This document shows positions 1 through 9,853 of a stretch of DNA of 64,000 nt, in pieces. A program made the translations under genes and the position numbers. Source of the stretch: an uncultured Bacilli bacterium (GTDB lineage: Bacteria > Bacillota_I > Bacilli_A > RF39 > UBA660). Under the pieces are notes generated by a model. That model did not search any database and had not been told where the DNA came from. It saw only the letters and a list, made by a program, of their open reading frames with translations. Where the stretch lies: NCBI GenBank assembly GCA_944332025.1, contig CALVJB010000001.1:21629-85628 (forward strand). The letters run 5' to 3'. Numbering within the stretch: position 1 is the first letter of the stretch; the number at the start of each line of letters is the position of its first letter.

Positions 1-314
1 TCTTTACGATTTTGTTTTTTACTGTAATCTCTTGGTACTGGAGTTCCATATCTTCCTCCACCTACCCATTGTACAGCTCTAATTGAACCTTGACGTGCAT
101 GTCCAGTTCCTTTTTGTCTCCAAGGTTTACGTCCTCCACCGCTAACTTCTGAACGGTTTTTAGTAGAGTGTGTTCCTTGTCTTAATGATGCTCTTGCTAA
201 TATAATTGCATCATATAATACTTTATCATTTGGGGTAATAGAAAATATTTCTTCATTTAATTTTAATTCATTTACTTTTTCACCTTTAAGATTTAAAAGA
301 TCTATCTTTTTCAT
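1..314 (-). CDS. rplD: 50S ribosomal protein L4, 5' part (gene runs off the left edge)
   Basis: Absent from the ORF track because it is open at the edge. The reverse complement from the ATG at 312-314 reads [17 protein letters not shown]...[33 protein letters not shown], the L4 signature. A GGAGG RBS lies upstream, and it follows rpsJ-rplC as in the S10 operon. Confidence 0.9.
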   Translation of the reverse strand, partial: MKKIDLLNLKGEKVNELKLNEEIFSITPNDKVLYDAIILARASLRQGTHSTKNRSEVSGGGRKPWRQKGTGHARQGSIRAVQWVGGGRYGTPVPRDYSKKQNRK

Positions 315-367
315 ACTTTTTCCTCCTTTCACTACATAACATAATTTTATTTAAACTGTAGTGATGA

Positions 368-1141
368 TTATTCGTTTGTTGTTTCTGTTGACTCAGTAGT
401 TGCAGCTTCTACTACTTCTTCAGTATTAGTATTTTCTTCTACTTCAGTAGTAACTTCAGCTTCTTTCATCTCTTCATAAGTGATTAAGTCTTTAGCAGTA
501 TTTTTCTTACCTGGCTTCTTAACAGCTGTTTTAATTACTACTAGCCCTTCTTTTGGTCCAGGCACATTACCTTTAATTAAAATTACATTATTTTCTAAGT
601 CTACTGCTACTACTTCTAAGTTTTGAACAGTAGAGTTTACATTACCCATTTGTCCTGGTAATTTCTTACCTTTTAATACGTGCATTGGTCTCATTGTTCC
701 TAAAGAACCAACTCCACGATGATATTGTGAACCATGTCCCATAGGTCCACGGCTCCCGTTGTGACGTTTGATTACACCTTGGAAACCTTTTCCTTTGCTT
801 ACTCCACTAACGTCTACAATTTCGCCAGCTTCGAATACGCTAGCATCTAATACTTGTCCTAAAGTGTAATCAGCTACATTTACGCCTTTTATTTCTCTTA
901 AGAAGCGCTTAGGTTCAGTATTAGCTTTAGTGGTATGACCCATCTTTGGTTTGTTACTTAGTTTTTCTCTAACTGTTTTATAACCTAATTGGATTGCTTC
1001 ATAACCATCTGTTTCATTAGTTTTGATTTGTGTAACAACATTAGGCTCAACTTCTACAACAGTTACAGGAATAAGTTTACCATCAGTAGTGAATACTTGA
1101 GTCATTCCTTTTTTTGTACCTAAGATTCCTTTCATTTTCAT
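368..1141 (-). CDS. rplC: 50S ribosomal protein L3, with an unusual ~45 aa acidic C-terminal tail
   Basis: 257 aa. Contains [19 protein letters not shown] and [23 protein letters not shown], typical of L3. Positioned between S10 and L4. Confidence 0.95.
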   Translation of the reverse strand: MKMKGILGTKKGMTQVFTTDGKLIPVTVVEVEPNVVTQIKTNETDGYEAIQLGYKTVREKLSNKPKMGHTTKANTEPKRFLREIKGVNVADYTLGQVLDASVFEAGEIVDVSGVSKGKGFQGVIKRHNGSRGPMGHGSQYHRGVGSLGTMRPMHVLKGKKLPGQMGNVNSTVQNLEVVAVDLENNVILIKGNVPGPKEGLVVIKTAVKKPGKKNTAKDLITYEEMKEAEVTTEVEENTNTEEVVEAATTESTETTNE

Positions 1142-1152
1142 TTCCTCCTATT

Positions 1153-1464
1153 TTAGATTGTTTTGATTTTGATATCGACACCACTTGGTAAATCAAGATG
1201 TGCTAATGCATCAATCGTTTCTTTACTTGGGCTTTTAATGTCAATTAATCTCTTGTGTGTTCTTCTTTCGAACTGTTCACGACTATCTTTATATTTGTGA
1301 ACAGCTCTTAAAATTGTGAATTTCTCAATTTCTGTTGGTAGAGGTACAGGTCCAACTATATCTCCTCCAGTTCTTTTGATTGTTTCAACAATTTTAGTTA
1401 CAGCATTGTCAAGTATCTTATGATCATATGCTTTTAACTTAATACGAATCTTTTGTGTTGACAC
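1153..1464 (-). CDS. rpsJ: 30S ribosomal protein S10
   Basis: 103 aa. [15 protein letters not shown]...HKRLIDI is typical of S10. GTG start at 1462-1464 preceded by GGGAGG. Confidence 0.95.
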   Translation of the reverse strand: MSTQKIRIKLKAYDHKILDNAVTKIVETIKRTGGDIVGPVPLPTEIEKFTILRAVHKYKDSREQFERRTHKRLIDIKSPSKETIDALAHLDLPSGVDIKIKTI

Positions 1465-1583
1465 TATTTACGTCCTCCCTTCGCCTATATCTAGTATAGA
1501 CTTGCTCCGTGTGAATAACCCGATAGCTGATTAACAACTTAACCTGGCGTATCGACAACCTCCCACATCTAAGCAGTCACACG
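1465..1583 (-). promoter_or_regulatory. Long GC-enriched 5' UTR of the S10 operon (candidate r-protein autoregulatory leader)
   Basis: ~118 nt between the predicted -10 box and the rpsJ start. It is visibly more G+C rich than the flanks (e.g. gggaggttgtcgatacgccaggttaag on the minus strand). No family assignment is possible by eye. Confidence 0.3.
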
Positions 1584-1589
1584 TAATTA

Positions 1590-1618
1590 ATATTATCATA
1601 GAAATCCCCAGAATACAA
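1590..1618 (-). promoter_or_regulatory. Sigma-A-type promoter of the S10 operon
   Basis: The minus strand reads TTGTAT (1613-1618), a 17 nt spacer, then TAATAT (1590-1595). Confidence 0.5.
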
Positions 1619-1722
1619 GCATTTTTTGAAATTTTTTTGGTAAAAAATTTGACATTTATATCTTATATAACTGATGATGGGATAAATAAACTGTGTAAAG
1701 CTTATAAATGTGTTTACAAAAA

Positions 1723-1749
1723 AGAGCGCTTAATTAACATTAGCGCTCT
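1723..1749. terminator. GC-rich hairpin flanked by A-run and T-run (bidirectional terminator or insulator)
   Basis: agagcgct (1723-1730) pairs with agcgctct (1742-1749). An A-run precedes it and tatatattttt follows. No obvious gene ends here on either strand. Confidence 0.4.
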
Positions 1750-1914
1750 ATATATTTTTCCGAAAACTCGTTTATAGAAATAAAATTCTAAGGGCTCGTT
1801 TCTAACCAAACAAAATAATTACATAAATTTATGAAAATATTCAAAGGTTTTATGTTACCTAATTTTGATAGACTTCTTTATCAATATCACTATATTTAGT
1901 GTACTGTATATCAT

Positions 1915-2277
1915 TTGTTATTTCAATACTTTTTTGTAAATAAGTACAGCAAATATCTCCCTACTGTTGGAGCGACTGTGCCAGAGGAGATTAAAGAATT
2001 ATTAAAGTATGAACATAAACTTACTGATGAAGAGAAAGATAGATATAAAAATGAGTGGATAAAATTAGCAGATGAAAATAGTGAAATAAGGCTTTTCCAA
2101 AATGGTAAAATTATTAGTACTAATTATGACTATTTATATAGTTATATTGATAAGTACTATGATAAAAATAATATAAGGCGGACTGTTGCTACTCTTATGG
2201 GGAATGATACTGAAAATAATTTAAGTTCTGATGTTTATAACTTTTTAATTGAGAGAAAAACTAAAAATAAAATATAG
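1915..2277 (+). CDS. Hypothetical protein, possibly a truncated remnant (resembles the C-terminal DUF3658-type part of DUF1835 proteins, from memory)
   Basis: 120 aa ORF with a TTG start and no clear RBS. The segment W..L.....RLFQNGKIIS.NYDYLYSYI recalls the DUF3658 pattern. There is no room upstream for the N-terminal domain. Confidence 0.3.
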   Translation: MLFQYFFVNKYSKYLPTVGATVPEEIKELLKYEHKLTDEEKDRYKNEWIKLADENSEIRLFQNGKIISTNYDYLYSYIDKYYDKNNIRRTVATLMGNDTENNLSSDVYNFLIERKTKNKI

Positions 2278-2370
2278 GAATTAGTCATCTATATTTGAAT
2301 TTAGTCTGTGCTTATGTTATATATAATATTAATTAGATAAAATATATTTAATCTCTAAGGAGGGATAACT

Positions 2371-2889
2371 ATGGATACTGATATTAAAGCTTATGAAATG
2401 TTTTGGAGCCTATATAAAAGTAATGACGATTTCCACAATCTTGTGGATAAAGGGATGAAAGAAAATAAGATTCGTTTCTTTGATGAAAATGAATGGAGTA
2501 AAATACGTTCTCAAAACTTTGTTTCTCCTTCTAAAGAAATGAATGAGTTTATAGATATGTTTCTTCTAGGTTATAATATCGGTAATTGTGTTGGAACTAC
2601 TAGACAATTAAGTTACTCTTATTATAATGCTGATATCGTCTCTGGAATACTTCCAATTTTAAAGGGGACTTTAAATGCAGAAAAAGAAGGTGGTCATTGT
2701 TGGTTAGAAACTCCTGACAATATAATTGACACTTCTTTAATGCTTGTAATAGATAAGTCTTTAAAGAGTGATTTCGGTTATATTGAGGAGCAACGACTTA
2801 CATGTTATCAACTTGCTAGGATGCCATTATATCAAGCTAGAAAAGAGTTTGTAAATGATAGAGATATACATAATAGCAGAAAAAAGTAA
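2371..2889 (+). CDS. Hypothetical protein with a transglutaminase/papain-like Cys...His...Asp arrangement
   Basis: 172 aa with a strong RBS (AAGGAGG). GNCVGTT, then GGHCWLETPDNIIDTS, matches the order and context of the transglutaminase-core catalytic triad. Confidence 0.4.
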   Translation: MDTDIKAYEMFWSLYKSNDDFHNLVDKGMKENKIRFFDENEWSKIRSQNFVSPSKEMNEFIDMFLLGYNIGNCVGTTRQLSYSYYNADIVSGILPILKGTLNAEKEGGHCWLETPDNIIDTSLMLVIDKSLKSDFGYIEEQRLTCYQLARMPLYQARKEFVNDRDIHNSRKK

Positions 2890-3800
2890 TGAAAGTATGT
2901 GATACAATGAAAAGACTCATAGATTTACATATTCATAGTAATTTATCTGATGGAGAATTATCTCCTAAAGAAATTATTGATAGAGCTGTTAATAATGGGG
3001 TTAGTGTTATTGCAATAGCAGATCATGATACAACTCTTGCTTATGATGATGAGTTATTTAATTATGCAAAAGAAAATAATGTTAAATTAATTACAGCTGT
3101 TGAGATATCCACTAGAACTAACAAATGTGGGATTCATGTCTTAGGATATAACTTTGATATTAATAATAAAAGGTTTACTGATAAGTTATACTCGATTAGA
3201 AATGCTAGGCATATTTATTTACATGATGTTGCGGCTAAATTAAAAGAGTTGAGTTATATCATTGATGTTGATTCTTTAGATAAGATTGATGCTGTTACTA
3301 AAGCTCATATTGCTACTAATATTGTAGAAAATAAAGATAATGAAAAGTTACTGTTAAAAACTTTTGGTTATGTTCCAGAAAGAGGAGAATTTATTGAAAC
3401 AATTATGAACGAAGGATGTCCTTGCTATGTAGAAAAAGAAGCTATTAGTCCTAAGGAAGCTAGTGATTTAATAAGAGAAGCTGGTGGTAAAGTAGTTCTT
3501 GCTCATCCTGTTGCATATAAATATGAAGATGGCTTAACTGATGATGATATATTAAATCTAGTTAAAGAAATGAAGCCTGATGGTATTGAAGCTAATTACG
3601 TTTATTTAGATAGAAATGGTAATAAAATCAATGAAAGTACTCATTGGAATAACTTTGCTAAACATCATAATCTAATAACGACAATAGGTTCTGACTTTCA
3701 TAAGAATGACGGTATTCACTCTGACATTGGTTTAGTTAATGAAGATATTGTACTAAATGATAATGAGCTTAACTATATTATTGATAATCTTTTAAAATAA
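2889..3800 (+). CDS. PHP-domain metal-dependent phosphoesterase (TrpH/YciV-like)
   Basis: LIDLHIHSNLSDG ... IAIADHDT ... GIHVLGY ... LAHP ... GSDFH are PHP motifs. Its start overlaps the stop of the previous ORF (TAATG). An alternative start is M7 at 2907. Confidence 0.85.
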   Translation: MKVCDTMKRLIDLHIHSNLSDGELSPKEIIDRAVNNGVSVIAIADHDTTLAYDDELFNYAKENNVKLITAVEISTRTNKCGIHVLGYNFDINNKRFTDKLYSIRNARHIYLHDVAAKLKELSYIIDVDSLDKIDAVTKAHIATNIVENKDNEKLLLKTFGYVPERGEFIETIMNEGCPCYVEKEAISPKEASDLIREAGGKVVLAHPVAYKYEDGLTDDDILNLVKEMKPDGIEANYVYLDRNGNKINESTHWNNFAKHHNLITTIGSDFHKNDGIHSDIGLVNEDIVLNDNELNYIIDNLLK

Positions 3801-3824
3801 AGAAAGTGCATAATAACACTTTCT
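3801..3824. terminator. Bidirectional intrinsic terminator between convergent genes
   Basis: agaaagtg (3801-3808) pairs with cactttct (3817-3824), followed by ATTTTTT. It sits between the PHP stop (3800) and the stop of the minus-strand ATPase gene (3823). Confidence 0.7.
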
Positions 3825-5019
3825 ATTTTTTATCTAATAACCAGTCTAATATGTTTATTTTTCTTATTCCGTTATATGAGACTTCTGGTTCTATATCTCC
3901 TACTAGCAAAAATTTTTGATTATGGTCTTTTATACTATCAAGTGATTTTAATTCTCTTTCTAATGTTTTTTCATCTTTAACACTTTCACTTACTTGATAA
4001 TATTCAATACCCTTACTATTTATAGCGACAAAATCCACTTCTAGTTCATCTACTTTACCTATATAAACATCATAACCACGTCTTAAGAGTTCTAAATAAA
4101 CAACATTTTCTAAAATATGACCTGTATGATTTCCTTTTCTTCCTAGTATAAAATATCTTAATCCAAGATCTGCTACATAATATTTATCACCTGTTTTTAA
4201 ATACTGTTTCCCTTTTATATCATATCTAGTAGCTTTATAGAAAATAAACGACTCTAGTAAAGATGTGATGTAATTTTCAACTGTATGTATACTTATTGTT
4301 CGTCCATTTGATACTAAAGTATCTTTTATTTTATTAGTAGAAGTTATATTACCAATATTATCTAATAAAAAACTAACTACGCTTTGAAACATTAGCATAT
4401 CTGGAAACTTTCTACGTGCCACTATATCTTTTAATATTATTGAATCATATATTCCTTTAATGTATTTGTCTACATCATCTATATTATCAAAGTTAAGAAC
4501 ATAAGGAAATGATCCCCAAGATATGTATTTTTGAAATAACCTATCTATATTATCATCATTATTATTTGCAGATACAAATTCTTTAAAAGATAATGGAAGC
4601 ATTTTTATTTCTATATATCTTCCTGATAAAAGAGTAGCTAATTCTCCTGACAAAAGATTAGCATTAGAGCCAGTTATATATAAATCAATGTTTTTATTTA
4701 AATATAAACCGTCACAAGCTTTTTGAAATTCTGGTACTACTTGAACTTCGTCTATAAATACATAGGCTTTCTTTGAACTATCTATCTTATTTAATACATA
4801 GTTATATAATTTTAAATAACTATCTAGTTCATAATAAATTGGGTCCTCTAAATTTATTCTTATTATTTGTTTTTTTTCTATTCCAGAATTCAATAAGAAT
4901 TCATTGTATAAATCAAATAAAGTTGACTTGCCACACCTTCGAATTCCAGTTATTACTTTTATTAAGTCTTTGTCTTTAAAATGTTTTAATTGGTCTAAAT
5001 ATTCATCTCTTGGAATCAT
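3823..5019 (-). CDS. AAA-type ATPase with DUF4143-like C-terminal region (COG1373-type)
   Basis: 398 aa. Walker A GIRRCGKST and Walker B-like YVFIDEVQ. The overall layout is shared with the paralog at 8466-9743. Confidence 0.7.
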   Translation of the reverse strand: MIPRDEYLDQLKHFKDKDLIKVITGIRRCGKSTLFDLYNEFLLNSGIEKKQIIRINLEDPIYYELDSYLKLYNYVLNKIDSSKKAYVFIDEVQVVPEFQKACDGLYLNKNIDLYITGSNANLLSGELATLLSGRYIEIKMLPLSFKEFVSANNNDDNIDRLFQKYISWGSFPYVLNFDNIDDVDKYIKGIYDSIILKDIVARRKFPDMLMFQSVVSFLLDNIGNITSTNKIKDTLVSNGRTISIHTVENYITSLLESFIFYKATRYDIKGKQYLKTGDKYYVADLGLRYFILGRKGNHTGHILENVVYLELLRRGYDVYIGKVDELEVDFVAINSKGIEYYQVSESVKDEKTLERELKSLDSIKDHNQKFLLVGDIEPEVSYNGIRKINILDWLLDKK

Positions 5020-5125
5020 TTTCTATATCACCGCCTTTTCTTATATTATATTTAATGAAAAGATGTTTGTCAAGTTTTTGCAGTAAGCGCGCAAAAAAAT
5101 ATTATTTTCGACATTTTTTTGCACA

Positions 5126-6334
5126 TTATCTTCTTTCAATATTATAATCTTCTTCTTTCTTACTAGCTCTTATAACACTACCTTTTCCATATTTTTTAAT
5201 AATACTATCCATTACTTCCTCTACCTTATCTACTACTTTTACATCTGATTCTTCAAACAAAGACATCTGACTAACTGCTTTCTCTTTTAAATCACCTAAT
5301 CTTACTCCTATATTTCTAATAGGATCTTCTTTCCAGCTAGCTTCAAAAATTGTTTTAACTCCTTTATAGATTTCTTCTGTTACATTAGTAGGATTATCTA
5401 AAGTAATTTGATGAGAATAGTTTTTAAATAAATTATTTCTATAAGTAACAGCTATAGTTCCTGTATATAGTTTTTGACTTCTTAAAGTGAAAGAGACTTC
5501 TTCTGTTTCACTAAATAATATTTTTAATAAGTCTTCTTTTCTCGTTACATCATAAGGCAATGTTCTTGAGATACTAATACACTTATTTTTAGCATTTCTA
5601 GGTTCTACTTTACTATAATCTATTCCTAAAGCTGCTTCTTTAAAGTAATCACCCTGGCTTTTAAAATGTCTTCTTAATAAATTGATATTAGACTCAGCTA
5701 AATCTCTAATAGTATATATTCCTAAGTCATTTAATTTTTTAGCAGAACTTTTACCTAACATAAATAAATCATTTACTTTTAAAGGCCACATTTTAGTTTC
5801 AACTTCATTTAAATAAAGAGTATGTACTTTATCTGGCTTTTCAAAGTCACTAGCCATTTTTGCACAGAGTTTATTCTCTCCTATTCCAACATTAACAGTA
5901 AAGCCAAACTTTTCTTTGATTTCATCTTTTATTTTATGGGCTAGAGATACATAATCATTACCATAAAGAAGTGTAGTACCTGTAAGGTCAAGAAAACATT
6001 CATCAATAGAGTATTGTTCTATTACAGGAGTATACTGTGATAGATAATTATATAACTTTTTAGATTGTTCTTTATAAAAAGCATAGTTAGGAGGAAATAC
6101 TTGTAAGGCTTTACATTTACTTCTAGCACTATATAATGTTTCTGCTGTTACAATACCATATTTCTTAGCGATAGGACTTTTAGCAAGAACAATACCTCGT
6201 CTTGCTTTTTCATCTCCACCTATAACACTAGGAATCTTTCTAATATCTTGTTTATAGCCGTGATTTAAAAGATAGATAGCAGTCCAAGATAAAAAGGCAT
6301 TATTAACATCGATATGAAAAATAATTCGCTGCAT
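5126..6334 (-). CDS. dinB: Y-family DNA polymerase IV
   Basis: 402 aa. IFHIDVNNAFLSW, SIDECFLDLTG and a GIGENKLCAKMASD-type segment are typical of DinB/UmuC. Confidence 0.85.
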   Translation of the reverse strand: MQRIIFHIDVNNAFLSWTAIYLLNHGYKQDIRKIPSVIGGDEKARRGIVLAKSPIAKKYGIVTAETLYSARSKCKALQVFPPNYAFYKEQSKKLYNYLSQYTPVIEQYSIDECFLDLTGTTLLYGNDYVSLAHKIKDEIKEKFGFTVNVGIGENKLCAKMASDFEKPDKVHTLYLNEVETKMWPLKVNDLFMLGKSSAKKLNDLGIYTIRDLAESNINLLRRHFKSQGDYFKEAALGIDYSKVEPRNAKNKCISISRTLPYDVTRKEDLLKILFSETEEVSFTLRSQKLYTGTIAVTYRNNLFKNYSHQITLDNPTNVTEEIYKGVKTIFEASWKEDPIRNIGVRLGDLKEKAVSQMSLFEESDVKVVDKVEEVMDSIIKKYGKGSVIRASKKEEDYNIERR

Positions 6335-6409
6335 AGTTGTCCCTCCTCTTTACTCTATTATATAATACGTTAGTTCTATTTAAAAGAGAAAAAAATAACC
6401 AATTAATGG

Positions 6410-6916
6410 TTACTTTGTTCTATTAGGATTCATCATTTTAGTAAATGTTCTTCCTTTTTCTTCAATAGATTTATCTTCTTGTGGAAAATCTTCCATAAAT
6501 TTAACCCATTTATCTGCTACTTCTCTATATGACATATCGCTTCTAGTTGGTTTAGCAAAAAAACTTTCTTTCCATATAACTCTGTCATGTGGATAATTCC
6601 TACTGCGAACATCTTCTAATCTTTTTCTACATGCTACACATTCACAAGTCCAATAAACCTTCCCTTCATATGTATCTTCAGTATATCCTAAAAAATACCA
6701 GGCAGGATGAGGACACCTTTCTTGTCGTTCTACTAGTATTATACCTTGTAAAGTCATTGCTTCTTTAGCAGATGAATCAAGTTTTTTTTCTATACCAAGA
6801 TATTTTTTCACATTATCATCTTCAAGCAGTTTTTTTCTTTGTCTAATTAGTTTTCCCCTACCTACTTTTAACTCTAATAACTTATCTTCATATGATTTTA
6901 GTTCTTCATCTGTCAT
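6410..6916 (-). CDS. Hypothetical Cys-rich protein
   Basis: 168 aa. N-terminal coiled-coil-like segment, then CPHP...C.C..C (CPHPAWYF...WTCECVACRK), a possible zinc site. RBS AGGAGGG. Confidence 0.5.
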   Translation of the reverse strand: MTDEELKSYEDKLLELKVGRGKLIRQRKKLLEDDNVKKYLGIEKKLDSSAKEAMTLQGIILVERQERCPHPAWYFLGYTEDTYEGKVYWTCECVACRKRLEDVRSRNYPHDRVIWKESFFAKPTRSDMSYREVADKWVKFMEDFPQEDKSIEEKGRTFTKMMNPNRTK

Positions 6917-6956
6917 AATTAAACCCTCCTACTTATAGGATAGCTCATCTAACCAT

Positions 6957-8453
6957 TTAAATCAAGTTATTACCAGTCATTTCTTCTGGTTTCTCTATAT
7001 CCATATATTTTAGTATTGTTGGAGCGATATCTCCTAATTTACCTGTTTTTATTTCTTTTATATTATGGTCTGTAATAATAAATGGAACAGGACTAGTTGT
7101 GTGAGCAGTTATTACATCTCCTTTATCGTCTTCCATAATTTCAGAGTTACCATGGTCTGCTGTTATAAACATTGTAAAGTCTTTTTCCTTACTTGCTTCA
7201 TATAGTCTTCCTACATTTTCATTAACAGCTTTAACAGCTTCAACAACTTTATCAAATTTACCGGTATGTCCTACCATATCACAGTTTGCAAAGTTTAAAA
7301 TGATTAAATCATATTTATCCATAACTTCTATTAGTTTATCTGTTACTTCATAAGCACTCATAGCAGGATACATATCATAAGTTGCTACATCTTTTCTTGG
7401 AATAATTATTTTATCTGTATTAGGAATATCTTTTTCTTCTCCTCCATCAAAGAAGTATGTAACATGTGGATATTTACTAGCTTCTGCTATTCTTAGAATC
7501 TTTAATCCAATTGAGGCAGCATATTCTCCTAATGTATTAGTTAAGTGCATTGGTGGAAAAGCAGGAGTTGCAATAACTGTATGTTCTGGAGTCATCATAG
7601 TAACTAGTTTTACATTTTTAAAATCTACTCTTGGAAACTCTTTGAAGTCTTTATTAGTTAGAGCAGTGAAAGTTTGAGTAATACGGTCTGGTCTAAAGTT
7701 AAGCATTACCATACCATCATTTTCTTTTAAAGTTCCATCATCTATTAATTTAGCAGGTACAATGAATTCATCCATAATATTTTGTTTATAAGAGTCTTCT
7801 ATATAATTTTTATATGAATCTATTTTTACTCCTTCTCCATGAACTAATAAATCATAATACTTCTTAGTAACATCCCACATTCTTTCTCTATCCATAGAAT
7901 AATATCTTCCAGAAATATCAGCTAGTTTACCAAAGCCTAGTTCATTAAGTTTATTTGTTAGAGAATCTAGGAAAGTAAGTGCGACGTCTGGAAGAGTATC
8001 TCTACCATCAAGAAACGCATGAACATAGACATTATGAAAGTTTTCTTTTTTACATAGGTCTAACATTGCAAAGAAGTGATTAATATGAGAATGAACTCCT
8101 CCATCACTTAATAGTCCAAATAAATGTAGAGATGAATTATTTTCTTTACAGTGATTAATTATATCTAGTAAAACTTCATTTTTAAAGAAACTACCATCTT
8201 CAATAGCATGATTAATTTGCATAAGAGGTTGGTCTACAACACGTCCTGCTCCTATATTTAAATGTCCTACTTCACTGTTACCCATTTGTCCAGCTGGAAG
8301 TCCAACTGCTTCACCACTAGCTTCCAAAGTAGTATGAGGGTATTCCTTCCATAGATTTATTATGTTTTCTGGGTTAGCTGCAATAACGGCATTACCTTTC
8401 TTCTCTTCTCTATATCCAAAACCATCTATTATTGTTAATAATACTTTTTTCAT
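6957..8453 (-). CDS. gpmI: 2,3-bisphosphoglycerate-independent phosphoglycerate mutase
   Basis: 498 aa. LTIIDGFGYRE, NSEVGHLNIGAGR, FLDGRDT and ITADHGN are iPGM motifs. Confidence 0.93.
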   Translation of the reverse strand: MKKVLLTIIDGFGYREEKKGNAVIAANPENIINLWKEYPHTTLEASGEAVGLPAGQMGNSEVGHLNIGAGRVVDQPLMQINHAIEDGSFFKNEVLLDIINHCKENNSSLHLFGLLSDGGVHSHINHFFAMLDLCKKENFHNVYVHAFLDGRDTLPDVALTFLDSLTNKLNELGFGKLADISGRYYSMDRERMWDVTKKYYDLLVHGEGVKIDSYKNYIEDSYKQNIMDEFIVPAKLIDDGTLKENDGMVMLNFRPDRITQTFTALTNKDFKEFPRVDFKNVKLVTMMTPEHTVIATPAFPPMHLTNTLGEYAASIGLKILRIAEASKYPHVTYFFDGGEEKDIPNTDKIIIPRKDVATYDMYPAMSAYEVTDKLIEVMDKYDLIILNFANCDMVGHTGKFDKVVEAVKAVNENVGRLYEASKEKDFTMFITADHGNSEIMEDDKGDVITAHTTSPVPFIITDHNIKEIKTGKLGDIAPTILKYMDIEKPEEMTGNNLI

Positions 8454-8465
8454 TTTACACTCTCC

Positions 8466-9743
8466 TTAATATAATTGTTCATTTAAACAGAATATTGCAT
8501 ATATAGGTAGATACCTAACATTTTTCTTTGTTGAAAAGTTACTTTCTGTAATACGATAGGCATTTGTTACAATATATTTTTTCATAAAGACTGATAGACT
8601 CTTTACTTTAGAACCTTGTTTAGTTGCAAGTTCTATAGGAATAATCTTACCCATCCTATTTTGAATAACAAAGTTTACTTCTGCTTTTCCTTCTGACTGA
8701 TAATAGTATAGGGAATAACCTGCTTCTACTAAAGTATGAGCGATATGATTTTCATATAAGGCTTGTTTAATATTATCATCTACTCTTAGTCTATCTTTAG
8801 TTAAGTTATATCTCATACTTAAAAGTCCATCATCTGGTAGATATAATTTAAAACTATCAAGTTCTCTACAACTAGATAAAGGAGACTTTGCTACTCTTAT
8901 TTTATATGAACGATAGACTAATTGGTTAGTTACTAAAAAGTTAATTGAGTTCTCATACTCTTTAGCTCTTCTTCCATAGCCCAAAACACCATATTGAAAC
9001 TTTTTATTATCTTTTTCTAGTTGTTTAGGAATACTTTCCATTACTTCGATACCACGTTCTATATCTATTAAGTTTTTACTATTTAATAGTTCACTTTTAT
9101 TTATATCAAAGACTCTTTCTTTAATACTATCAAGATATCCATAATGTTTTTTAGTAGCGAATGCTTCTACTACTTCAGGAAGTCCTCCTGTTATTAAATA
9201 GTCATAAAAGAAATCTAAAGCTTTAGTATGAACACTACAACTTCTATGATTATCATAAGCATATCTTATTTTATCTGCTGTTTCTTTTTCTCCAATAGCC
9301 CACAAGAATTCTTCATAGTCCATTTCTGTCATTATTTTATATTGAAATTCTTCTCCTCTAAACTTTAATAGAGAATCTCTACTTGATGTTATAGCGATAA
9401 CATGATAATCATTTTTATCATAACCAAATAGTTTTATACCTTTAATAATCTCTTCATCTGTAACATTATCAAAGATTATTAGAGTATCATTTTTAACAAT
9501 AGGAACTTCTGATATTATACTTAACGCTTCTGCTAGCCTTGTAATAGACCTTTCTTTTTTAAATAAGTCTTTTAAAATAGTATTATGGTCAGTATTAAAA
9601 TAAGCGACATATTGATAGTTAGCTTTACCAAAGTCTAAAGCTGTATAGGTTTTACCTACTTGTCTTGTTCCAATGATTAATAATGGTTTTCTTATTAAGT
9701 CTGTTTTCCATTTCAATAAGAATTTATTAATTTTTCGTTCCAT
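8466..9743 (-). CDS. AAA-type ATPase with DUF4143-like C-terminal region (second copy)
   Basis: 425 aa. Walker A GTRQVGKTY and LIIFDNV. Same architecture as 3823-5019. Confidence 0.65.
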   Translation of the reverse strand: MERKINKFLLKWKTDLIRKPLLIIGTRQVGKTYTALDFGKANYQYVAYFNTDHNTILKDLFKKERSITRLAEALSIISEVPIVKNDTLIIFDNVTDEEIIKGIKLFGYDKNDYHVIAITSSRDSLLKFRGEEFQYKIMTEMDYEEFLWAIGEKETADKIRYAYDNHRSCSVHTKALDFFYDYLITGGLPEVVEAFATKKHYGYLDSIKERVFDINKSELLNSKNLIDIERGIEVMESIPKQLEKDNKKFQYGVLGYGRRAKEYENSINFLVTNQLVYRSYKIRVAKSPLSSCRELDSFKLYLPDDGLLSMRYNLTKDRLRVDDNIKQALYENHIAHTLVEAGYSLYYYQSEGKAEVNFVIQNRMGKIIPIELATKQGSKVKSLSVFMKKYIVTNAYRITESNFSTKKNVRYLPIYAIFCLNEQLY

Positions 9744-9822
9744 TTAGTGTAGTCACCTCCCACATCTTCTAATATAAGTATATATTTATTCTTTTGTTTA
9801 GTCAATATTTTTGCAAAATAAA

Positions 9823-9843
9823 AAGACTACTACTGCTCGTCTT
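9823..9843 (-). terminator. Candidate intrinsic terminator after spo0A
   Basis: The minus strand reads aagac-gagcagtagta-gtctt followed by TTTATTTTG. The stem is short. Confidence 0.35.
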
Positions 9844-9853
9844 AATAATATTA

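Noticed and set aside
4773-5086. Plus-strand ORFs 4773-4979 and 4904-5086.
   Set aside because: They are antisense to the 5' end of the AAA ATPase gene. They have Leu/Phe-rich nonsense composition typical of AT-rich antisense frames.
5091-5123. A 10 bp inverted repeat gcaaaaaaat/atttttttgc as the dinB terminator.
   Set aside because: The stem is almost entirely A-T and very weak. It is possibly functional but not supportable as a feature. It also contains one of the TTCGACA heptamers.
6335-6409. A LexA (Cheo) box GAAC-N4-GTTC upstream of dinB, and likewise upstream of uvrB (34941-35111).
   Set aside because: The best candidate upstream of dinB is ATAC-GTTA-GTTC (6366-6377), where only one half-site is intact. 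No GAAC/GTTC pair exists at all upstream of uvrB.
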